A stretch of 64,000 nt of DNA, taken from positions 160,001-224,000 of the forward strand of contig JBMNFL010000001.1 in NCBI GenBank assembly GCA_050949315.1. Direction: 5' to 3'. Under the pieces are notes generated by a model. That model saw only the letters and a list, made by a program, of their open reading frames with translations. It was not told where the DNA came from and ran no database searches. Both the position numbers and the translations under genes were made by a program. Positions 39,059-47,800 of the stretch are shown here, one piece after another. The first letter of the stretch is position 1; the number at the start of each line of letters is the position of its first letter. Source of the stretch: Bacilli bacterium. Lineage in GTDB: Bacteria > Bacillota_I > Bacilli_A > RFN20 > UBA1709.

Positions 39059-40144
39059 ATGAGTAATCAGCTTTTCAATAATCAAAATAAACCTGAGCAA
39101 CAACAACTAATTGTGACGCATCATTATGTTCATAGAAGGGCAATGTTTTATTCTTTTTCATCCTTTTTTGTTTCGGTAATTGTGCCATTAGTTTTAAATA
39201 TCGTTATGGTTATTATCAAAGATGAAATGTTAAGAACTATTTTTTCTTTTGTTGCAATATTATTAGTTATTTTAAACGTAATAATAAGAAGCACTTTGGA
39301 TAAAGTTAAGTATTATGCAGCACAAGTTAAGCAAAAATTTGATTTAAACGTTTTTGATTTTAGTAACAAGTTTGGGTTTAATGAAGAAGTTGTTGAAAAA
39401 GAAATTAAAAGGTATCGCAACAAAAAATTAAAACGAACTAGAGATATATATCAGGACTATACTCATTTAAGTAAAAATGAGGCAACCTTTCTTTATCAAA
39501 GAGATAATATTGAACAGATTGAAACGGTAGTTAAAAAATTTAAAATTTTAATTAGTATAATTACAATTATCGTTGGTATAGTCTTTATGTTAAGTTTCAT
39601 CATTGATGATATTACAATGTCGTATGCTATTTCGATACTAGTAAACGCTATACCCTTGATAACGTATGTAGTTATGGGATTTAGTAAAATGGCCTACGAT
39701 GATGACTTGTTATCGGAAATAAAAAATTATTCTTCTAAAATCAAGTTTTTATGTAAACAAAGCGGGAAAATAAGTATCAAACTAATTGAAAATTTACAAT
39801 GGATGCTATTCCATTATAAGAAAAATCAAATATTTATTCCCATTTGGTTTGAACATGCCTTTTATAAACAACGATCAATTACTACTGAGATGCAAGAAAA
39901 CAATCAAAAGCCTATAAAACAAGTTAAAAAAGCCCCTAAAAAAAATATTAATCAACAAGCGATAAAAGAAACTGTTCCTGAAATCAAAAAAACAATTAAA
40001 GAAGAAATAAAAAAACCTAAACCACAGATCAAAAAGGTTGCCAAAAAAGAGACGTCAAAAATGACTACCCCCAATAATAAAAAAGTACCCAAAAAAAGCG
40101 GGGGAAATAAAAAAGTAAGTGCCTCAAAAACGAGAACAAAATAA
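39059..40144 (+). CDS. S_4TM-like (SMODS-associated four-TM) protein with Lys-rich C-terminal tail
   Basis: NNQN..QQ, two TM pairs, AAQVKQKFDLNVF, YQRDNI, LQWMLFHYKKNQIFIPIWF match the S_4TM pattern as recalled; not verified by HMM. Confidence 0.68.
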   Translation: MSNQLFNNQNKPEQQQLIVTHHYVHRRAMFYSFSSFFVSVIVPLVLNIVMVIIKDEMLRTIFSFVAILLVILNVIIRSTLDKVKYYAAQVKQKFDLNVFDFSNKFGFNEEVVEKEIKRYRNKKLKRTRDIYQDYTHLSKNEATFLYQRDNIEQIETVVKKFKILISIITIIVGIVFMLSFIIDDITMSYAISILVNAIPLITYVVMGFSKMAYDDDLLSEIKNYSSKIKFLCKQSGKISIKLIENLQWMLFHYKKNQIFIPIWFEHAFYKQRSITTEMQENNQKPIKQVKKAPKKNINQQAIKETVPEIKKTIKEEIKKPKPQIKKVAKKETSKMTTPNNKKVPKKSGGNKKVSASKTRTK

Positions 40145-40206
40145 TAGTGATAATGTAGATTTGTAACGCGTGTTGCATTTGGTTTGTAAATAGCACCTCA
40201 AATATC

Positions 40207-40267
40207 AGTCAAGTATAACTTGACTTTTTGTGTCGGGAGGGGGTACAATTTAAATACGTAAATTGTA
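40207..40267 (+). promoter_or_regulatory. Terminator-like hairpin overlapping the candidate promoter of the giant surface protein gene
   Basis: AGTCAAGT-ATA-ACTTGACT plus TTTT; TTGACT(40220)-18bp-TACAAT(40244); 9-bp inverted repeat over the -10. Confidence 0.55.
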
Positions 40268-40302
40268 AACAAATTTTAAAATCTGCATTATGGAGGGTAT
40301 TT

Positions 40303-40731
40303 ATGGTTAAGGGTAAATTGTTGGGCATCTCGCTGGCATTTCTCACAATTGTATTAGCGGCCCTGTTTGCGTTCCTTTTACTAAGGGGAAACTACACTTT
40401 AAATGAAAAAGTAGTTGCAAACAAAAATGATGAGATTGTGACTGTGTTAGTTGATGATTATGTTCGGAAAAACAAGGACAGTTTTTTTAGAGCATCTAAT
40501 TGTAAGGTTACTATCTTAGATGGTGATAAAGATGTGACTGAAACTTTCTTTGAAGATTTTAAAACAGAAGACAATGTTTTGAATAAAAGATATGAAAATA
40601 AGGTCTACACCTTTAAGATCAAGGGGCTGTTTCTTGATAAGGAAGTTAAATTTAAATTTTCTTATGAGGATTACCGAATAATCAATAGAGATGGAACTCC
40701 CGTAGATTATTTTATGTTAGGTTGCAAATGA
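40303..40731 (+). CDS. N-terminal fragment (signal/membrane anchor) of the giant surface protein; last codons derive from the IS
   Basis: RBS GGAGG, MVKGK plus a hydrophobic helix LLGISLAFLTIVLAALFAFLLL. Confidence 0.85.
   Translation: MVKGKLLGISLAFLTIVLAALFAFLLLRGNYTLNEKVVANKNDEIVTVLVDDYVRKNKDSFFRASNCKVTILDGDKDVTETFFEDFKTEDNVLNKRYENKVYTFKIKGLFLDKEVKFKFSYEDYRIINRDGTPVDYFMLGCK
40690..40714 (+). repeat. 25-bp target site duplication, left copy
   Basis: GATGGAACTCCCGTAGATTATTTTA, identical to 41835-41859. Confidence 0.97.
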
Positions 40732-41834
40732 TGTGAGACGTTTCTTACATCTTATCTCACCAGTAGTTTGAACCAATTCAATTAACTTTTCAAGTTCCAC
40801 TTCATTAGGTGTTTTAAATTTAAGAACAAGCTTAGGTAAATTGTTGTATCTTTTGTTCCATAATTTACCTTGATATCTAAGATCATCGAGGGAATAAAAT
40901 TTTAAATGTTTATAGAATTTATCTTGATCAATTCGATGACTTCTTTCTACCTTACCATTATGTTGGGGGGTTCTAGGCCTTATCAAGTGATGATTTATAT
41001 GGTTTGTTCTACAAAATCTTTCTAAATAGTTTTCATATTTTCTAACATTCACGCCCTTATTTTTGCGGCGAACTTTATCAGTGAATTCCACACCATTGTC
41101 TGTTTGAATTTCCTTTGGAAAACAACCTATTTTCTTATAAGCGAAGATCAAAGCCTGAACACTTTCATACATTGAATGTTCGGCCGTGAAATAAAGAACT
41201 CTTTTTCGTGAACATTCATCTAAGATAGTGTATTGATAAAATCGACCTTCCAAACTATCAATTTTGCATTCTTTGGGAACATATTTAACATCCATTTGCC
41301 ATTTTTCATGAACCATTTTGGGCGTATGGTATTGTTTGTCATGCTTTTTAGGATTTGGTTTGTAGGGAACAAATTCTTCATTTCTTTTAAAGGTTCTTAG
41401 AACACTAGATGGCGAGATATCTATACCATCATGTTTTAATCTAACCCATATTTCAACAAATGATTGATCAGGATTTCTTCTGTGGAGATCTAGTATTCTC
41501 TTAACAATATTCGCTTTTAATTTATTAGGATGATCCGATAAAGGCCTATGTGATCGATTTAATAACGATTCTTTACTTCCATCAAATCGCTTTAACCAAC
41601 GATATAACGAACTCCTTTTAACGTGATAAAAAGATAGAATTTTTCTTATTGGCCAGGACGAAACCGTCCTCCTTAAGCAGGCGTGTAATTTTGTTTCAAT
41701 ATCTACTGGTATATAATTTCTTTCTTGTGTTAAAATATCCATGGGCATCTCCTTCTATATTGGTTCAACTTCATTATAGATAAGATGCCTACTTTTTTTT
41801 ATTAATTTTGTCTCACATCATTTGATATTAAACA
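40715..41834 (-). mobile_element. Complete IS481-like insertion sequence, 1120 bp
   Basis: TGT...ACA termini; imperfect terminal IRs TGTTAGGTTGCAAATGATGTGAGAC / TGTTTAATATCAAATGATGTGAGAC; flanked by 25-bp direct repeats. Confidence 0.96.
40717..41748 (-). CDS. IS481-like DDE transposase
   Basis: HTH (SSLYRWLKRF), WQMDVKYV, IQTDNGVEF, PQHNGKVERSHR. Confidence 0.96.
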   Translation of the reverse strand: MPMDILTQERNYIPVDIETKLHACLRRTVSSWPIRKILSFYHVKRSSLYRWLKRFDGSKESLLNRSHRPLSDHPNKLKANIVKRILDLHRRNPDQSFVEIWVRLKHDGIDISPSSVLRTFKRNEEFVPYKPNPKKHDKQYHTPKMVHEKWQMDVKYVPKECKIDSLEGRFYQYTILDECSRKRVLYFTAEHSMYESVQALIFAYKKIGCFPKEIQTDNGVEFTDKVRRKNKGVNVRKYENYLERFCRTNHINHHLIRPRTPQHNGKVERSHRIDQDKFYKHLKFYSLDDLRYQGKLWNKRYNNLPKLVLKFKTPNEVELEKLIELVQTTGEIRCKKRLTSFAT

Positions 41835-41859
41835 GATGGAACTCCCGTAGATTATTTTA
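41835..41859 (+). repeat. 25-bp target site duplication, right copy
   Basis: Identical to 40690-40714. Confidence 0.97.
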
Positions 41860-41885
41860 ATGTCAATGAAGATGATATCCAAATA

Positions 41886-44800
41886 ATGTATAAAACCGAT
41901 CGCCATTTCAACGATGGCTTTTTATGCTTTGCCGATTCAGAAAATGAAGAACCAATCAGTAAATACCTAAGTGTTGATAATATAAAAGACTATCAAGATT
42001 TGTATTTTGTTAATCCCAAAAATACCACAGGAACCATTGAGATTGTCTATGTTGTTAATGGAACAGATAGAATCATCCATGTGGAAGAAAGAAAAAAGGG
42101 GCTCAATGAATTAGAATCATATACTCCAGATTTAAGCGCTTTGGGCGTCCAAGGTTATAAGCTTTCTGATAGCGCGCCTTCCTCATTAGTTTATGATTTC
42201 AATAAAAAGGTTGTCAGATATGTCGAAATGGATAATGAAAAATGGGCGACCGTTACTATTGATTATGATAATGGGGCACCACTTCAAACCATTCCGGTAT
42301 TAAAAGGCGATGTGGTGGCACATCCTGGCGTCATACCAACAAAGGAATCAGTAGATCAAAATACCACATACAGATTCTTAGGCTTCCAAAAAGAAGGAGA
42401 GGCTGGTAAGTATAATTTTGACGATGTAGTAGAATCTAGTTTCAAATTAAAAGCTACACACGAGAAACAAGAAGGTGTGGATGTATTAGATAATGATCCT
42501 AGTTATGTAAAGGTAACTATCAAATATGTAGATGTCGATGATAGTAGCAATCCTTTGTATTCAACCGATATCCGAAGAGAGAAAAATACGGTTGAAAGTT
42601 TTGACATTCACTATTTAACTGGTTATAGCCCAGTCGATAGTTTTACCAATAATCAAGTTGAAGTTACCTTTGATAGTGATAAAGTCATCGAAATTAAATT
42701 AAAGAAAGAAAATAATATTATCGTTGCTTTTGATTTTGATAATGGACAAAAAACATATGCGAATTTCAGTGTTGGCGATAAAGTGATTTTACCTACACAA
42801 ACACCAGAAAAACCAAAAATAGGTAATAAGACCTTTACTTTTAAATACTGGTCCTTAGACGGCGAGAATAAATTTGATGAAGAAACCATGCTTACTAGGA
42901 ATATAGAGTTAATAGCCGTATATGAAGTTACGACAAGTACTGAAGAAAACGGCAGTATCAAAATTGTCTTTAAAGATGTTGATACGAATGAAGATATCCA
43001 AAACCCGATGTTAAAAGAAGGGCTTTTAAATAGTTTTGAATCAATAATAATTCCCGAAGTTGATGGCTATGTATTTGATGGGACAGAAGAGTTGATTGCT
43101 GTCCAATATACTACACCAACTAGGGTTTATGTTCTTTCATATAAAAAACTTGCAGTCATTGAAGAGAATGAAAGTAGAATTATCTTTAAGTTTGTTGATG
43201 TAGATAGAATTCGTTTACTACACGTTGAGGAAATTGTGGGTGAGATTGGCACGAGTAGAGAATATACTAATACCTTTACTAAAGAGGGTTATGAATTAGT
43301 AGACCCAAGTCAAACAAGCATCAATGTCACTTTTGAAAGCGAGTCAAAGATAATCAAAATAAATTACAAAATAAAAGAGGCTGGGTCATATACTATCATA
43401 TTCAACTCTAATGGTGGGAGAGGAAATATTCCCAATATTGTGGCTGATGAAGATCAAGAAGTAACTCTTACTAAAAACGTTTTTACTAAGGATGGCTATA
43501 AATTTATCGGTTGGAGTTTGACAGCTGATGGTGAGGTTGTCCATGCCGATGAAGCTAAAGTCACTAATCTTACCACAGGAACTAACGTTACTCTATATGC
43601 CAAGTGGGAAGCTAATAAATATACAATTAAATTTAATAATAATAGTGGAACAGGAAGTATGGAGTCTATCGAGGCTACATATGATAAAAATATAACATTA
43701 ACTAAGAATAGTTTCACTAAGAGTGGCTTTAATTTTGGAGGCTGGAGTAGGGATGGCTCTAGCGAAGCCGAATTCTATGATGAAGATGAAGTTAAAAATT
43801 TAACTACCCAGACTGAGGTAACCTTATATGCTGTGTGGATCAATATCGGTCTAGTTAACTATACTGAAGAAATATATCTTGAAAAAATTGATTCGCCAGT
43901 AGACAAGGTAGACTATACCGTAGCCGATTTCTTACTAGATAGTGACAAAACTAAGGTGTATCAGGGTTTAGCAGATGCTATTGCTACGGCTAAGACCACT
44001 TCTTTAGAAGGCTTTGCCATTAAAGATGAACTATCTATTAAGACAGGAACCATTAAAGCTGATGGTAGTTTAGTATTGAAACTATACTTTGTAAGGAATA
44101 GAGGCAATGTCAATTATCAATTTGATTCAGGTAGTCATCAAGTAAGGCTTAAATACGGCGATACCATAACTAAACATTTCAGTGATTTAGATCCCCAAAT
44201 TCAAAAGCCTAATTTCAAGGTAGCTGGTTGGACATGTAATGGTGCGGATTATAGCTTTGGTGAGACAATGGGTCTTGATGATATTACACTTAAGGCCAAA
44301 TATCAAAGAAATAAATGGCAGGTAAGATTTAACTGCAAAGTTGAAGAAGTGGATGGAAGTTTTGTTGATAGAGCAGTTAGTGATAATAATTTCTATGCTA
44401 GTAGTGCTTCTGTAAGCTACACCTATAATGTAGCTGGTTTTGAAGTTGAAACATTCTATTACACAGTTCCTATGGCTTATAGTTCTGAAGATGAGATAAT
44501 AGATGTTACAGTTGGAGCCGATAAGAATATTAATAGGAAGAGTGTAAATGTAAAATATGAATTAGAAGGGGTTGGGGCTTTAACTTCAGGCTCCCTGCCT
44601 GCTACTACAAGATATAAGTATGAAGAAGAAGTCACCCTTCCAACAGGACTGGCGGCTACTGGTTATAATTTTGCGGGTTTCTTTAAAGGCGCCCAACAAG
44701 TATCTGGTTCATTTAGTATAAGTGTTGCTGACTGTAATGAGCCCACAGGTACAGTGGTTATTAAGGTTAGATTCTCGGAATTTGAAAGTGTTCCTTACGA

Positions 44801-47800
44801 TATTGTTTACTATAAAGAGTTAGGCAATGTGGATGCCAAAATAGATGAAAGCACTTATTCTAAAGACACACATTTCACTCAGAGTGATTCAACCACTCTA
44901 ACGGCCACTATAGATAGTCAGGTTACATTAGATATCTCAACACCAGAGTTTATGAATAAATACGCGGGTTTCACACCCAAGAATCTATCAATATCTGTTC
45001 ATAGTGGTACGGCTGGAAAGGGTGCAGATAGGTTAACCTTAGAGGTATTTTATGTTAGAGATAGACATAAGGTGTTATTTGATTTAGATGGCGGTAGTTC
45101 TGGTATTGAGGAATTAGAATATACCTATAAGTATGAAGATGTCATTAGCAATCATTTTGCCACCGACTTACCTACTAAAGAAAACTATGCATTTAAGCAC
45201 TTTACGGATATTAGCGGTAGTGGTGCCTTTGCCTTTGGTACGGCCCAAATGGCTAATGAAGACATCAACTTAAAAGCCATCTATGAAAGAAACAAGTGGA
45301 AAATAACCTATAGTTACCAAGAAGAGTTAGTTAATGGAACGTATTCGCAAACAAAATACGTTACAAGCACTGAGTTTTATTCAAAGAGTGATACCTTTAA
45401 CGAAACTTTAACAAAAGCTGGCTTTACATCAGTCAATATCTCAATCCAAATACCAGCGGATTATAGTGATTTTACTAATGATACCTATAGTCATGACACC
45501 ATATATAAGCTTAATAGAAAGACAGTAGAGCTTAAGTTTGTTGATGGCGAGCCTCTAGTTCCCTTTACAACCGGTTCGCTACCACAAGATACAGTATACA
45601 AATTTGGTCAAACTTATAATCTACCAGTACTTGCTAAAGAAGGCTATACCTTTGATGGTTATAAATCAAGTGTTACCAGCACTTATTACACAGCTGGCAA
45701 CTATGTGGTAGGACTTACTGATGTCGAATCAGCTAGTATTACCTTTACAGCAGAGTTTACAGCCTTACCCTTAGATAGAGGCATAACTCTACAATATCAA
45801 TATCAGAAAGGTCCAGGAGATTGGGTTACAATAGATACTGAGACCCTTGCTGGCTATGATAATGAAACTAGAACAGTCACCTTAAAAGAGTTTGATGAGT
45901 TTGATTTAGTTGGCGCAGCTACTTTAGAGGTAGTATTCGATCAAGCGAGTAAAACGCAGAGAGTAGAAGTTAAAAAGGATGCAACTAAATGGACTAAAAT
46001 CACCTTTAAGGCTGGTCCTAATTCAAGTGTGGAGACCACTGAGTTTGAGGTAGTAATCGATCGTCCATTTAACGGACTTCATCAACCGACGATTAATCCA
46101 CCAAAGATTAATCCAGATGAAGGCTATAAGAATATGGATGATCCGGCTGATAATTGGAGTCCAAAATTTGAAGCGGATGGACAGGTTTCTGGCCCCCAAA
46201 CATTTACCGCCCAAGTTCAAGTAGATAGCGATTCGACCTATAAATATACCGTTAACTACTTAGAACAAGGTGAAGATGGGAACACCGTGCGTACTGCTAA
46301 GACTGGATACCATGAGGTAGGAACCTTAGACTTAGGTTCACATCCAACTATTGCCGGTTATAACTGTGTGACAGGTACTACTACATTGACAATCACAACC
46401 AATCCTGCCTCCAACGTTTTAAATGTTTATTATGAAAAGAATCCTGCTCAATGGACAAAGTTAACCGTAGTGGTTGGCAATAAAGGAACCAACCCCAGCA
46501 CCACAGAATATGATGTAATTAAGAATCATCCATTAGGTGGCGATAATCAACCAAAGATTACCTTCCCAACAAGTGTAACTGCTGTTGCTGGTTATAAAGT
46601 TCATAATACACAACCATGGAGTCCAGCCTATGATCCGAATGAAGAATTAACAGGTCCCAAAGTAATTAATGCGAATATAGTTGAAGATCCCGATCAATGG
46701 ACAACATTAACCTTTGTTATTGGCGATAAAGCAACTGCTTCAGGCACTTTGAAATATGATGTTATTAAGGGCATTTCATTAAGTGGTGCAAACCAACCAA
46801 AGATCACTTTGCCGACTATTACTTCTGTTGCTGCTGGTTATAAAGTTCATGATACAAAACCGTGGGATCCAGCCTATAATTCAACTGAAGTTTTAACAGG
46901 CCCTAAGACAATTAATGCTAATATAGTTGTTGATCCTGATCAGTGGGTTGATATTGAGTTTGTGGCAGGACCCAATTCAACGGTAACTAAAACTCAATTT
47001 AAAGTAATTAAGAATCTTTCCTTTGAGGGAGCAAATCAACCAAGTGTTAATCCACCAGAAATTAGTCCAGCTACTGGTTATAAGAAGATGGATAGTTTAG
47101 CTGATTATTGGAGTCCAAAATTTGAAGCGGATGGACAAGTTTCTGGACCACAAACATTTACTGCTCGAGTTCAAGTAGATAAAGATCAAAAATTCTCATA
47201 TACCGTTAACTACTTAGAACAAGGTAATGATAGTAATGTACTACATGTTCCTATGACAACTGGAACCCATCATGTAGGAACCTTAGACTTAGGTTCACAT
47301 CCAACCATTGCCGGTTATAATTGTGTAACAGGTACTACGATGACAATTACAGCAGATTCATCCTTAAACGTCTTAAATGTTTATTATGAAAAGAATCCCG
47401 CCCAGTGGACAAAGTTGACTGTAGTGGTTGGCAATAAAGGAACCAATCCTAGCACCACAGAATATGATGTAATTAAGAATCATCCATTAGGTGGAGATAA
47501 TCAACCAAAGATCACTTTCCCAAGTGTCACTGCTGTTGCTGGTTACAAAGTTCACGATACACAACCGTGGAGCCCGGCCTATGATTCGACTGAACAATTA
47601 ACAGGGCCCAAGACAATTAATGCTAATATAGTTGAAGATCCCGATCAATGGACAAAGTTAACTGTAGTGGTTGGCAATAAAGGAACCAATCCTAGCACAA
47701 CAGAATACAATGTAATTAAGAATCATCGGCTAGATGGGGCTAATCAACCAAAGATTACCTTCCCAACAAATGTAACTGCTGTTGCTGGTTATAAAGTTCA

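Noticed and set aside
40228-40302. ORF-track start for the 167-aa ORF
   Set aside because: It lies in the promoter region; ATG 40303 has a GGAGG RBS and begins the signal/anchor sequence.
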